Below, in pieces: positions 51,179 through 61,562 of a stretch of DNA of 64,000 nt. Position numbers and translations under genes: made by a program. The notes below the pieces were generated by a model. That model was not told the DNA's origin, did not search any database, and was given only the letters and a program-made list of their open reading frames with translations. Source of the stretch: Deltaproteobacteria bacterium (lineage in GTDB: Bacteria > Desulfobacterota > DSM-4660 > Desulfatiglandales > Desulfatiglandaceae). Every line of letters starts with the position of its first letter. Positions within the stretch are counted from its first letter, which is position 1. The DNA is taken from NCBI GenBank assembly GCA_019309145.1, contig JAFDGR010000002.1, positions 8,674 to 72,673 of the forward strand, given 5' to 3'.

Positions 51179-51298
51179 GCCGTAAGGTGATCATTCAGAA
51201 ATCCAGATGATCATAAGCAACGCTTTTTGCTTAGAGAATAGTGAAAGCCCTTTGGAGTGTCAAGGTCCACCGGAATAAGAACTTTCTGTTTCCCTTGG

Positions 51299-54200
51299 TC
51301 ATTCCTCCTTTTTGCCTCGGTCAAATGAATAGGCGAACATGGGGACGAATATGAGGGTAAGGATGGTCCCGATGAGCAGTCCTCCCACCGCCACATCCGC
51401 GAGGGGGGAGAGCCTTTCAAGTCCCACCGCCCTTTCAAGAGCGATGGGTATCATGCCCGCAATGGTCCCCAGCGCCGTCATCATGACAGGCCGGTACCGG
51501 ACCTTCACGCTTTCCACGGCTGCATCAAAGGGATTCGTGCCCTTGCGGTAGTGCTGGTAAAAATCAATAAGCAGGACCGAATTCTTGATAATAATCCCAA
51601 AAAGCAGGAGTATTCCCACCATGCTGGGCATGCAACTGGGCTTGTTGAAGATGAGCATGCCCCAGGCAGCACCGATCATGGAGAGGGGGAGAACCACAAT
51701 CATGACCAGGGAAAGTACCACCGAACGATAGATGGATACCAGCGCGATCAGGAGGATAATGACCCCGATGCCAATGGCCTTGATCATCCTGGAAAAGCTG
51801 TCGTTGAGCTGCTTGATGTCCCCCTCCTGGCTGGTCACAAAGGCGGCCATATCTACCTTTTTGAGGGCCTTGTCAGCATCTGCCGTGAGAAGGGTGACAG
51901 GCCGTTTTGCGCGATATCCCTTGATATCGATGCTGTACCGCATCATGTCTCTTTCAATCTTTGACGGGGTAAGGCCGTAGGTCAGATGAGCCAGTTGGGA
52001 AAGGGGAATAAAACCCTTCCGTGTTTTGACAGGCACGAGTCGCAGGGACTCAGGATTTTCCCCGAACGGGGCCTTGTAATAGAGCCTGACCGGCTGGGTG
52101 GTCAGGGTGGATAGATTCGCATTCAGCGAAACAGGGAAGCCTTTCAGGGCAAGCTGGCTCGCGACCTGGACCGGTGAAACACCATAGAAGTGTGCCTTAT
52201 TCTGATCAAAATGGAGGACAATTTCTGAAAAATCATTATCCCAACTCACACTGGTTGAGGTAAGGCCTCTTACTGTTTTCAACTGATTGTTGATCTTGTT
52301 TGAAACGGCGGGCAGGTCCCGGTAATCTTCCCCGAATACGCGAATGTCTATGGGAGCCTTTATCGTTGAGATAGCTGTGGCGCCGAAATCATAGACATCC
52401 ACACTTTTCACGTTCTTGAGACGGCCGAGTTGGTCCCTGATCTCATCTTCCATCTGCCAGATGGATTTCTTCCTGGAAAAGCGATCCACGCAGGTAACGG
52501 TGATGACTGCCTCGGTGGGGAGGGCCCCGTTTCCAAGGGAGATGACCCCGTGCTCACTGCCGAAAGAAATGGAACTCCTTTCTACTTCGGGCTGTTGATT
52601 GAGCCACTCGGTAAAGGTATGCATCCGTTTGACAGTCTCGTCCACGGTTTCGTTGGCGGAAAACTTGATATCTCCCTTTATGATACCGGTATCCATAGGA
52701 GGCATGACATCTTTCCCAATCACCGGCATAATATTCTTTACACTCAACACGAGAACGGCGAAGACAACACCGGTCATGAGGAGCTTCCGGAGAAAGGAAA
52801 ATCTGCCGTTGGAAAACCGGAGCACAGAAACATACGGCCCCACCAGGCGCCCCAATGATTTCTGGTAAAGATATTCAAACAGGTTTTCCACCTTGTTTTT
52901 TCTGGTGCCCTTTCGGTAGAGCAGCTTCGAGAAATGGGGAATAAAGGTGATGGACAGGAAATAGGAGCCAAAGAGGGCGATGATCAGCGTGGAGACCAGA
53001 GGCCTGAAGATTTTCTGGGGAAAATCACCCACGAACATGAGAGGTGTAATGATGGAGAGCGTGGCCATGGTCCCGGCGAAAACAGGTCCTACGACCTCTT
53101 TTGTCCCCTTTTCTATGGCGGTTGCAAGGTCCTCCTTGAGTTCAGCCAGATGTCTCTCAATATTTTCGAGAACTACCACCGCATCATCAACGAGCATACC
53201 TAAGGCAAGAATGATGGCCGTGTAAATCACGATATTCAATTCCCCGCCCCCGAGCCAGATAACGGCCAGGGTGGAAAAGAAGACCATGGGGATGGAGACA
53301 AGTGCCGCGGTAATGGCCTTCAGGTTCCCGAGAAAGAAGAGCAGAACAAGGAGCGTAAAGATGATAGCATCCCTGAGGGCCTCCAGCATATTTGTATTGG
53401 CGGTCTGGAGCAACTGCCGCTGGGTATCGGAGATCGTAAAATGGATGTTGGGATACCGACGTTCAAGGTCCTTTATGGTCTTCCGTGCAGCGGTGCTGGT
53501 ATCTAGGACACTTCCCCCGGGAGAGCGCTGCACGGCAATGGCGATGGCGTCCCTGCCGTTGCCCAGGTAGGCTGAAAATTTCTTTTTGTGGCTCCAGGTA
53601 ACCGCGGAGACGTCGCCCAGTCTCACATTTGGTGAGACATTGAGGTTCTTCAGGTTTTCTATTTGGTCCCGCTCGCCGTAAAAGGTCAACGTGTAGAACC
53701 GATTTTTCCCCTTCACAAATCCGACCGGCAGATTTTTGTTAAACTGACTGAGGGCCTTGATGACGTCGTCGGCACTCACCTTGAACCTTGTCATGTTCAT
53801 GGGATCCAGTTCAATCCTGTAGGCCCCTTCAACTCCTCCGAAGACCTCTACATTCCCGATGGCCGGGTTTCTCAAGAGCGCCGGTTTGATGTCGCTTTCT
53901 GCAATTTTCCTGATATCGGAAAGGGTTAAGGGATCACTGGCAGGGCTCAGGGCAAAAATGTCCACTGGAAGGGTGAATGACCCAGCGGTGTATATGGAGG
54001 GATTTACCCAGGCGGGGAGCTTCCCCCTGACTCTGTTGAGGGCATTATTGACATCCACCGCCGCAGGATTGAGCCCCTTCTCATATTCGAACTCGGCCTT
54101 CACTATGGAAAAGCCGGTGATGTTCACGGAGCTGATATCCCGTACAAGCCCGAGCGTACTGATTTCTTCCTCGATGGGCTTTGAAACGGTGGTAGCAATC

Positions 54201-54367
54201 ACCTCAGGCGTGGCTCCGGGGACCTGGGATATGACAATGACTTGAGGCCTGTCGCTGTCCGGAAACAGGTTTTTCGGCATGACAACAAGGCCAATCAAAC
54301 CCATGATAAAAAAGGCGGCAATGAGGCTGTACAGCATATGCGGTCTTTTATAGAAAAAATTGAACAT
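51299..54367 (-). CDS. RND efflux transporter permease (AcrB/CzcA superfamily)
   Basis: 1022 aa with the typical 12-TM, two-large-loop layout. Contains ILALGMLVDDAVVVLENI. Confidence 0.9.
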   Translation of the reverse strand: MFNFFYKRPHMLYSLIAAFFIMGLIGLVVMPKNLFPDSDRPQVIVISQVPGATPEVIATTVSKPIEEEISTLGLVRDISSVNITGFSIVKAEFEYEKGLNPAAVDVNNALNRVRGKLPAWVNPSIYTAGSFTLPVDIFALSPASDPLTLSDIRKIAESDIKPALLRNPAIGNVEVFGGVEGAYRIELDPMNMTRFKVSADDVIKALSQFNKNLPVGFVKGKNRFYTLTFYGERDQIENLKNLNVSPNVRLGDVSAVTWSHKKKFSAYLGNGRDAIAIAVQRSPGGSVLDTSTAARKTIKDLERRYPNIHFTISDTQRQLLQTANTNMLEALRDAIIFTLLVLLFFLGNLKAITAALVSIPMVFFSTLAVIWLGGGELNIVIYTAIILALGMLVDDAVVVLENIERHLAELKEDLATAIEKGTKEVVGPVFAGTMATLSIITPLMFVGDFPQKIFRPLVSTLIIALFGSYFLSITFIPHFSKLLYRKGTRKNKVENLFEYLYQKSLGRLVGPYVSVLRFSNGRFSFLRKLLMTGVVFAVLVLSVKNIMPVIGKDVMPPMDTGIIKGDIKFSANETVDETVKRMHTFTEWLNQQPEVERSSISFGSEHGVISLGNGALPTEAVITVTCVDRFSRKKSIWQMEDEIRDQLGRLKNVKSVDVYDFGATAISTIKAPIDIRVFGEDYRDLPAVSNKINNQLKTVRGLTSTSVSWDNDFSEIVLHFDQNKAHFYGVSPVQVASQLALKGFPVSLNANLSTLTTQPVRLYYKAPFGENPESLRLVPVKTRKGFIPLSQLAHLTYGLTPSKIERDMMRYSIDIKGYRAKRPVTLLTADADKALKKVDMAAFVTSQEGDIKQLNDSFSRMIKAIGIGVIILLIALVSIYRSVVLSLVMIVVLPLSMIGAAWGMLIFNKPSCMPSMVGILLLFGIIIKNSVLLIDFYQHYRKGTNPFDAAVESVKVRYRPVMMTALGTIAGMIPIALERAVGLERLSPLADVAVGGLLIGTILTLIFVPMFAYSFDRGKKEE

Positions 54368-54382
54368 GTGAAAATGCTCCCC

Positions 54383-55522
54383 CTATCTCGCGGTCATGGT
54401 CGCCTTTACCGGGACACCGGTAAGCAGCCTGAGAAGAATATCGGGTTTTGCGAGAATGATGCTTTTTCCCGCCATGGATTTGTCGAGGATGACCCCTTCC
54501 TTTCCGCTTGCAGTGATATGCGCCTCTTCAGGGACTGCCTTGCCATTTTTATATTGAAACACCATCTTTTTTCCTTCCCTGCTCAGGAGTGCGTCCGGAG
54601 GGACCAGAACGGACTCGCCCTGGAAGATGACCAGGCCGCCATTGACGATTTCGCCTGCCACCAGGTCCAGCCCCTCGGGTACCCGCGCTGTATATTGGCG
54701 GAGACCATTTTGATCAGCCCGGTTCAGGGGGGTGAGAGAAAGCGTCCTGTTTTTCAGGACAAGACTCCTGGGTTTGATCTCCGATGGAAGATGCACTACC
54801 AGGTAATTAGCTTTGCGCGAGCTGATGGCAAACAGGGGCTTTCCGGGGAGGGCCAGTTCTCCCTTGCTGACAAAGCGTTGGGAAATAATACCGTCAATCG
54901 GTGACCGAATAAGACTGTAGGAGAGAGAAACATTTATCTCCCGGATTCCCTGTTTGATGATATTCTTTTGATTTTTCACTGCTTTGAGTTCATTTTGCGC
55001 ACCATTGATTTGCGCCTTGAGCGACGCGATGGCGGTTTCCTCGTTTTGAAACTGTTCAATGGAGGCCCCTTTCACCTTTAACAACTCACTCGTACGCCTA
55101 TGGGTATCGAGGGTATTTTCCAGCTTGATCCGAAGGGATTGGATCTGGGAGAGCTTTGAGCTGATCTGGAAATCAAGATTTGCAAGGCTCAGTTTCAAAG
55201 AGGCTTTTTTTGTGGTGAGATTCCGGTCATCTATCCTGGCCAGCATCTCCCCTCTCTTGACCCGGTCCCCTTCCTGTTTAGAGACCTCGATGACCGTGCC
55301 GGAAATCTTGGTGGAAACGGTGGCATTGTTAAGAGACCTCACTTCCGCGAGAACCGGAAGGGTGAGCCTGATATTTCTGCGCTCCAGTTTTATTGTATCA
55401 ACGCGTACGGCTAAAGGTTTTGGAGGTTTTGCCAGCTCCAGGGCCTGTCTCCTTTTCTTGAGGATCATAAGGCCTCCAGCCAACAGCGCAATAACAATGA
55501 GGAAAGTAATGATTTTTTTCAT
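54383..55522 (-). CDS. RND efflux periplasmic adaptor (membrane fusion protein)
   Basis: MKKIITFLIVIALLAGG signal anchor, coiled-coil hairpin and beta-barrel C-terminus. The start overlaps the tolC-like stop (ATGA). Confidence 0.85.
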   Translation of the reverse strand: MKKIITFLIVIALLAGGLMILKKRRQALELAKPPKPLAVRVDTIKLERRNIRLTLPVLAEVRSLNNATVSTKISGTVIEVSKQEGDRVKRGEMLARIDDRNLTTKKASLKLSLANLDFQISSKLSQIQSLRIKLENTLDTHRRTSELLKVKGASIEQFQNEETAIASLKAQINGAQNELKAVKNQKNIIKQGIREINVSLSYSLIRSPIDGIISQRFVSKGELALPGKPLFAISSRKANYLVVHLPSEIKPRSLVLKNRTLSLTPLNRADQNGLRQYTARVPEGLDLVAGEIVNGGLVIFQGESVLVPPDALLSREGKKMVFQYKNGKAVPEEAHITASGKEGVILDKSMAGKSIILAKPDILLRLLTGVPVKATMTAR

Positions 55523-56811
55523 TGGATCACTCCTTGAAGGTCTTGACCGAAGAGCAGGGCCTGATCTGCGATGAGACGCCATTGCTGGTCTTTCCAATAT
55601 GACTTTTGGGTCTCCGCGTCCAGGACATCTACTTCGTATTTCAGATAATCTTCGATGGTCATGCGCCTGTTTTTATAGGCGACTTTGGCCACCTTGAGAA
55701 TTTTTTTTGATAATGCAATGGTTTTTTCTGATTGCTGAAGAGCGTTCTCGATGACCGGCCCCTGTTGCCGAATCCTGCTTGCCTTGGCATCCAGGTCCTG
55801 TTTGGTCTTTCGATATTTTTCTTTGGCCTTTTTCAACCGGATGCGTGCAAGTTGTTCATCCACGTGAGCGGTCCGGTCAAAAAGGGGAAAGACGAGCCCA
55901 AGGGAAAGTTTCCGGTAGTGCCTGCTTATCAGGTCATCCGTATTATAGGCGCTCCCGATATTTTCCGTGAAGCTTCCCTGCAAGAATATTTTTGGGTAAC
56001 GATAGTCTTTTCTTGCTTGAAGTTCATACGTTGCAGCTTCAATATCCTTTTTCAGCAAAGCCAGCGTAATATACTGTCCACGTGCGGGGAATTCTTTGCT
56101 GAGGGACATGGGTACGGGCGCATCAAGATGGATTCCGGTCATTGCAAAGAGAGCATGGGATACGGCGATCATGTTGCCTGAGATTGTGCTCTGTTGCAGT
56201 CGCAGCTTTTCTATTAATTGTTCAACCTTGAAAAGCTCGGACTCGGGAAGTCTCCCGTTATTCACTTGGATTTCTACTATTTCCCTTGTTTTGCTCAGGG
56301 AAGCAATCCTTTCATGAATCAGTTTGTCCAGGTGGGAAAGATACGTGAATGAGCTGTTCAGTGAGACCACGGCGGACTGATTCCCGATGATGGTTATTTC
56401 CTTTTTGACTTCGCTTTTCCGGGAAAGGCTCTTGATCTGTTTTGCCGTGTCAAATATTTCTTTGACAAAGACTGGCATCGTCGCTGTGATGCCATACCGG
56501 CCGATATTTCTTGAAAAGGGAATTGCTTCGCCTGCCTGGATGTTGACCTCAGTGGGAGGCAGAGGCCTGAGATTGGTGGGCGAATTGTAATTTTCATAGG
56601 AGCCGATTGCGGATACCTTCGGATAAAGGGACGAATAGGCCTTTTTCACCGCGGTTTTTTCCTGCTCAATGGCCAGTTGGTCGATCTTGGCCTGCGGTTG
56701 CTTCTCAACCGCTTTGAGCAGCGTGGTTATGTCCATGGCGCCGGTATGCACTGGAAGTATGAAAAGGGTCACAAAGAACATTATTATTTTTGGTATTTGT
56801 TTCCCGTTCAT
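55519..56811 (-). CDS. TolC-family outer-membrane efflux protein
   Basis: Signal peptide and two repeats of a long helical hairpin pattern. 430 aa. It overlaps tetR by 4 nt. Confidence 0.8.
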   Translation of the reverse strand: MNGKQIPKIIMFFVTLFILPVHTGAMDITTLLKAVEKQPQAKIDQLAIEQEKTAVKKAYSSLYPKVSAIGSYENYNSPTNLRPLPPTEVNIQAGEAIPFSRNIGRYGITATMPVFVKEIFDTAKQIKSLSRKSEVKKEITIIGNQSAVVSLNSSFTYLSHLDKLIHERIASLSKTREIVEIQVNNGRLPESELFKVEQLIEKLRLQQSTISGNMIAVSHALFAMTGIHLDAPVPMSLSKEFPARGQYITLALLKKDIEAATYELQARKDYRYPKIFLQGSFTENIGSAYNTDDLISRHYRKLSLGLVFPLFDRTAHVDEQLARIRLKKAKEKYRKTKQDLDAKASRIRQQGPVIENALQQSEKTIALSKKILKVAKVAYKNRRMTIEDYLKYEVDVLDAETQKSYWKDQQWRLIADQALLFGQDLQGVIQ

Positions 56812-57425
56812 GGGTGGTCTCCTCGTGTGGAAATGATATGTTCGGTAAGGAAGGGGATTAAGGTGTTTTCAAAGCGATCCTCGAGCCGTGCATCAGGAAG
56901 GAGCCGGTGCCGGATCGCGAGGGCCGCAGGTGCCCCCAGCAGGAGGAGCGCGAGACAGTCATTCCGGAGGTCGCCGGGGAGCAATCCTTTGGTCTGGGCC
57001 TCGCGAACCAACCCTTCAAGGACCGAGAGATAGGTGTGTAGGATACTTCTCATCCGGCCCAAGAGGCCGGGGTCATCTGTTGCGGACGCCTCGGCAAGCA
57101 AAAGTATGGGGAGGCTGTTTTGTTCCCTCACCAGGTGCACGTGGTGGAGCAAAATGCGTTTCAAGCGCTCAAGGTGGCTGAGAGAATCGTCCGCGGCGAT
57201 CTCTTGAACAGGTCCAAGGAGCATTTGATCCAGGCGCTCCATCAGGCCGTTTACAAGGTCCTTTTTCGTGGGGAAATGGCGATACAGGGCGGCTTCACTG
57301 AATCCCATCTTTTCCGCAATTTTCCGGGTGGTGAGCGCTGCAAGGCCACTTTCCCTGACCAGGTCCATGGCGCGGTCCAGGATTTCTTCCTGGCGTGGCG
57401 TAGGCGACGCGGATCTTTCTGTCAT
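56808..57425 (-). CDS. TetR/AcrR-family repressor
   Basis: N-terminal HTH LTTRKIAEKMGFSEAALYRHFPTKKDL. Confidence 0.85.
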   Translation of the reverse strand: MTERSASPTPRQEEILDRAMDLVRESGLAALTTRKIAEKMGFSEAALYRHFPTKKDLVNGLMERLDQMLLGPVQEIAADDSLSHLERLKRILLHHVHLVREQNSLPILLLAEASATDDPGLLGRMRSILHTYLSVLEGLVREAQTKGLLPGDLRNDCLALLLLGAPAALAIRHRLLPDARLEDRFENTLIPFLTEHIISTRGDHP

Positions 57426-57450
57426 GAAATTTCTCCAGGGTATAAGTTGT

Positions 57451-57478
57451 ATATGTTAGTGAATGTTAACTAACATAT
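57451..57478. promoter_or_regulatory. Palindromic operator candidate upstream of tetR
   Basis: ATATGTTAGT-gaatgtta-ACTAACATAT with perfect 10-bp arms, 26 nt upstream of the tetR start. Confidence 0.55.
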
Positions 57479-57814
57479 CTAACATAGGCGCTAGTATTGA
57501 TTTGTCAAGAAAAAAATCGATAAATATCAAAATAATACATTTTATGATAGTTCTTGAAGAGTAAAATCATTAATGTGAAGTTAGTGGTTAATAACTTTCC
57601 AGGGCGCCTCACGGATTATTACCAGGGTCGCTGAGGGGGCTCTTTCTTTTTCTTGACATACGCGGGCGAGAAGATACCTTAGAGGGGTTGATTAGGTTAA
57701 CCCGTTTGCCCGTAAGGGGCAAATGAGCGGCAACTTCCTGAAACCGGAAACCGAGAAACAGAAGCCTGCGCTTTGAAAGCGGCTGCGGCTTCACTGTGAA
57801 AGGAGGAAAGAACC

Positions 57815-58435
57815 ATGAAACAGAAAAATCGGGTGATTGGAGCCCTGGCCGGGGCCTTTTTGTTGACGACTTTGCTGGTTTCCTGCGCGTCCATAACCAA
57901 CTTGAAAGTGCTCTACCGGCTTCCCCAGAGTTCCAGCCAGTTTTCAGGCCGTGAGGTCTATTTCGTCCTGGAAGATGCGCGTCCTTCAAGGAATATTTTG
58001 GGTGAAGGAGCACGAAGGGAACTCAAGAATTTCCCGGGAAATATTATTTACAGTATTGCAAAGTACCAGCAGGCCGGTTTCAGGCTCGGGCCGTATCAAT
58101 TGACCGACATGGTCAAAGATGGATTCAAGCGGCGGCTTGAGAATATGGGTTTCCGCGTGCTCACGGCCCCCCGGACTTCTGCGCCCCAGGTGACCGTTAT
58201 ACTCCAGGAGTTCTCGCTCGATTTTCTCAGCCGCAAGTGGCTGGCAAAAATGAGGTATGAGGCCAGGCTCCTGGAAAATGGCAAGCTTCTTGCTACGCAG
58301 AGCATCAGTGCGCAAACAGAACGATACAAGGTAGTCGGCAAGAAGGGGGCTGATGCAGCCCTCGGGGAGCTTTTTACGGATGCCGTAAACAGGCTGAATG
58401 TGGGGAGACTGTTTGAGCAAGGCAGGATCCTGTGA
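57815..58435 (+). CDS. Lipoprotein of unknown function
   Basis: Signal peptide with lipobox LLVSC. RBS AAAGGAGGAAAG. Confidence 0.6.
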   Translation: MKQKNRVIGALAGAFLLTTLLVSCASITNLKVLYRLPQSSSQFSGREVYFVLEDARPSRNILGEGARRELKNFPGNIIYSIAKYQQAGFRLGPYQLTDMVKDGFKRRLENMGFRVLTAPRTSAPQVTVILQEFSLDFLSRKWLAKMRYEARLLENGKLLATQSISAQTERYKVVGKKGADAALGELFTDAVNRLNVGRLFEQGRIL

Positions 58436-58485
58436 AAATCTTGATTTGTTGCCTGTACAATCAGAGATGGCGGTAACTGAAGAGC

Positions 58486-59886
58486 GTGAGCAATATGGAA
58501 GTAGCAAGAAAAGAGGAAACCGCGGAAGAGCGGAAACACGGTCTCACCAGTTGGCTCAAGGCAAGGTTTTTTGGCGTGAACAAAGATGCCCGGAGGGTGG
58601 ATGATGCCTTTGTCGCCGAGTTATCCGACATACGAAGGGTGGGGCGCTATGAAATCCTGGATAAACTGGGCCAGGGAAATATGGGCATGGTTTTTCTCGG
58701 AAGGGATCCTTTCATACGGAGGGATGTTGCCATTAAGATTTCCAGCCCTTCCGGAGACCTTGGCGGATATAAGGTAGAGAAATACCGGGAGCGTTTTTTC
58801 ACCGAGGCGCAGTCCGCCGGGCGGCTCATGCATCCGAATATCATCGCCATCTACGATGCCGGCATGTACCGGGAGTTTTGCTATATCGCAATGGAATATG
58901 TGGATGGGCCTACGCTGGTGAAGTTCTGCCGAAAAGAGAATCTCTTACCGGTCAGTAAAGTGGCGGAAATCATGTTTGCCGCGTGCAAGGCCCTTGACTA
59001 TGCACACCGGCAGGGAGTGGTGCACCGTGACATCAAACCATCCAACATCATGGTGAGCCGCAGCGGGGCGATTAAGATCGCAGATTTCGGGATAGCCTAT
59101 ATTGAAACGGAGGTCCCTTTTGAAAGGGGGATCGTGGGATCCCCCTGTTACATGTCGCCTGAACAGGTGAAAGAGGAGCCCATAGAGGACAAGAGTGATA
59201 TTTTTTCCCTCGGTTGCGTGATGTATGAGCTGTTGACCGGGCAACGGGCGTTTTCCGGAGACAACTATTTTTCGATTCTTTACAAGATCACCCATGAAGA
59301 ACCGGTCTCTATTTCCCAGATTCGGAAAGGCATCCCGGAAATATTTGATCGGATCATCCAGAAGGCGCTTTCCAAAGACCCGGGTGCCCGGTATCAGACG
59401 TGCATGGATTTTGCTTACGACCTCCGCGTCGCGCTCAGGGGCCTGAGGGGGGTTGTCAAGAAATCCAAGGTGGAAGATGTGGTAGATTATGTGCACCATG
59501 TTCCTTTTTTTGAAAATTTCACGCGGGACCAGGTAAAAGAGATCCTGATGGCAAGTAACCTGGTCAAGGTGAGAAAAGGAAGGGTCGTGGTGAGTGAAGG
59601 GGAAATTGATGATTCTTTCTTTATTATTCTCAGCGGAAAGGCGGCGGTAAAAAAAGGGGGCCATATCATCGCCGTTATTACCCGGGGAGAGTGTTTTGGC
59701 GAGATGTCTTACTTAAGTGGCCAGACTCGCGCGGCCACCGTGGTTGCCGCATCGGACTGCATCATGATGCGCATCAGTGCAACATTGCTTGACCGTTCCT
59801 CCGAATCCATCCAATTGCAATTCTTAAAGCAGTTCGCCGTCACGTTGCTTACCCGTCTCGCAAGGAGCAACCAGAAAGAGTTTTAG
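58486..59886 (+). CDS. Hanks-type Ser/Thr protein kinase fused to a cyclic-nucleotide-binding domain
   Basis: GQGNMGMV, VAIKI, HRDIKPSNIMV, DFG, YMSPEQ. The C-terminal cNMP domain shows FGEMSYLSGQTRAATVVA. Confidence 0.85.
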   Translation: MSNMEVARKEETAEERKHGLTSWLKARFFGVNKDARRVDDAFVAELSDIRRVGRYEILDKLGQGNMGMVFLGRDPFIRRDVAIKISSPSGDLGGYKVEKYRERFFTEAQSAGRLMHPNIIAIYDAGMYREFCYIAMEYVDGPTLVKFCRKENLLPVSKVAEIMFAACKALDYAHRQGVVHRDIKPSNIMVSRSGAIKIADFGIAYIETEVPFERGIVGSPCYMSPEQVKEEPIEDKSDIFSLGCVMYELLTGQRAFSGDNYFSILYKITHEEPVSISQIRKGIPEIFDRIIQKALSKDPGARYQTCMDFAYDLRVALRGLRGVVKKSKVEDVVDYVHHVPFFENFTRDQVKEILMASNLVKVRKGRVVVSEGEIDDSFFIILSGKAAVKKGGHIIAVITRGECFGEMSYLSGQTRAATVVAASDCIMMRISATLLDRSSESIQLQFLKQFAVTLLTRLARSNQKEF

Positions 59887-59891
59887 ACAAC

Positions 59892-59942
59892 TTGCCGCCA
59901 TGTTGAAGAGATTAGGACTCAGAATGGGCGGCAAATTGTTTT
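59892..59942 (+). terminator. Possible terminator after the kinase gene
   Basis: TTGCCGCC-27 nt-GGCGGCAA followed by ATTGTTTT. Confidence 0.4.
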
Positions 59943-59981
59943 GGGTCATATTCAAATTCAAACCCAAATACCGAAATCAGA

Positions 59982-61364
59982 ATGTCAAAGAAAAGTCCAA
60001 TATCAAATGATCAACAGAAGATATTCCTCGTGAGCCTCGGGTGTCCGAAAAACCTCGTAGACAGCGAAAACATGCTCGGGTTCCTGCAGCAGGCAGGGTT
60101 CGATTTTACTGCAGACCCGGCTGAAGCCGATGTGGCGGTGATCAACACCTGCGGCTTCCTTCAATCTGCGGTGGAAGAAGCGATTGAGAGCATCCTGAAG
60201 ATGGTTGCATTGAAGGGCAACGGCGTGCTCAAGAGGGTGGTCGTGACCGGCTGCATGGTGCAGCGATACGGCTACAAGCTTCGAAAAGAAATCCCCGAGG
60301 TGGATGCATGGCTGGGAACCGCCGGGATAGCAAAAATTGTCGAGGGAGCGGGAAGTTGCGCCGGTTCTGGCGCGGGGCTGTTTTACTTGTCCAGGCCGAA
60401 CTACCTGGCTGATCACACGGTTCCAAGGGTTCAGACCACACCATTCTACATGTCTTATTTGAAAATCGCGGAAGGGTGTTCTCATCGTTGCTCTTACTGC
60501 ATGATCCCCCGTTTGAGAGGGCCATACCGAAGCCGTGCTCTGGATTCCCTCCTGTATGAGGCCGAAGAGATGGTTGCCGCCGGGGTGAGGGAGATCAATC
60601 TCGTGGCCCAGGACACAACCTTCTTCGGGAAGGATTCTAAAGGGGAAATCACCCTGGAAAACCTGCTGCAGAACCTTGTGGGGATAGAGGGTCTGCAGTG
60701 GATCAGACTCCTTTACTGTCATCCTGACAGGATCTCTGATGGTCTGCTGGCATTGCTGGAAACAGAGGAAAAGATCTGCCCGTATCTGGACCTTCCTTTC
60801 CAGCATGTGAATGCTGAAATTCTGGAGGCAATGGGAAGACCGATTCGTGAAGAGACACCCCTCGAGCTGGTGCGGAGAATCCGAACCGCAAATCGAAACA
60901 TATATCTCAGGACAACGGTGATGGTAGGATTTCCCGGAGAAACAGGGAAAATATTTCAAGAGTTATGTGCGTTTATAGAGGAGACGCGTTTTCATCACGT
61001 GGGGGTTTTCGCTTTCAGCCCTGAAAAGGGGACGGCCGCATACCGACTGGAACCCAAAGTGGACCCGGATGCGGCTGCAGAGAGGAAGTCGATTCTCCTG
61101 GAACGCCAGGCGGCCGTATCCAGAGATTTGAATCGGGAATTGGTGAGACAAGTATTGCCCGTGCTCATCGAGGGAGAGTGCGAGGAGACACCGCTGCTTC
61201 TTTCAGGGAGAACGTCCTGGATGGCGCCGGAGGTGGATGGTCGGGTGTTGATCAATAAAGGCACCGGCATTCCCGGTGAGATTATGCCTGTTCGTATCTC
61301 CGAGGCGCACACGTACGATCTGGTCGGAGAAATCGTGGAAGATCCCGGGGCAGAATTCTTTTGA
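59982..61364 (+). CDS. rimO: Ribosomal protein S12 methylthiotransferase
   Basis: FLVSLGCPKNLVDSE, radical-SAM motif CSHRCSYC and a C-terminal TRAM-like domain. Confidence 0.85.
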   Translation: MSKKSPISNDQQKIFLVSLGCPKNLVDSENMLGFLQQAGFDFTADPAEADVAVINTCGFLQSAVEEAIESILKMVALKGNGVLKRVVVTGCMVQRYGYKLRKEIPEVDAWLGTAGIAKIVEGAGSCAGSGAGLFYLSRPNYLADHTVPRVQTTPFYMSYLKIAEGCSHRCSYCMIPRLRGPYRSRALDSLLYEAEEMVAAGVREINLVAQDTTFFGKDSKGEITLENLLQNLVGIEGLQWIRLLYCHPDRISDGLLALLETEEKICPYLDLPFQHVNAEILEAMGRPIREETPLELVRRIRTANRNIYLRTTVMVGFPGETGKIFQELCAFIEETRFHHVGVFAFSPEKGTAAYRLEPKVDPDAAAERKSILLERQAAVSRDLNRELVRQVLPVLIEGECEETPLLLSGRTSWMAPEVDGRVLINKGTGIPGEIMPVRISEAHTYDLVGEIVEDPGAEFF

Positions 61365-61562
61365 CAAGCCTTGTCCTTTCTTTCTACACTGACACCTCTA
61401 TGGAACTATTCAGGTTGTTGGCCTGCAGGCTGTAAGCATTAGACCGTTGATTGGGTCTTCTATCTGAGGATTTTCCTAAAAGCCTTCAGTCTATCCACCT
61501 CAGTGAGGGCGAATACTTTATGGGAAAAGACCAACCGCTACGGTTGTATCTTTAGCTATTAC

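Noticed and set aside
57609-57814. A c-di-GMP or other riboswitch in the 200-nt region upstream of the lipoprotein gene (GGGGCAAATG..., GCGCTTTGAAAGCGGC hairpins).
   Set aside because: It resembles GEMM only in isolated short words, with no convincing P1/P2 architecture. The 134-aa minus-strand ORF here is also compositionally implausible.
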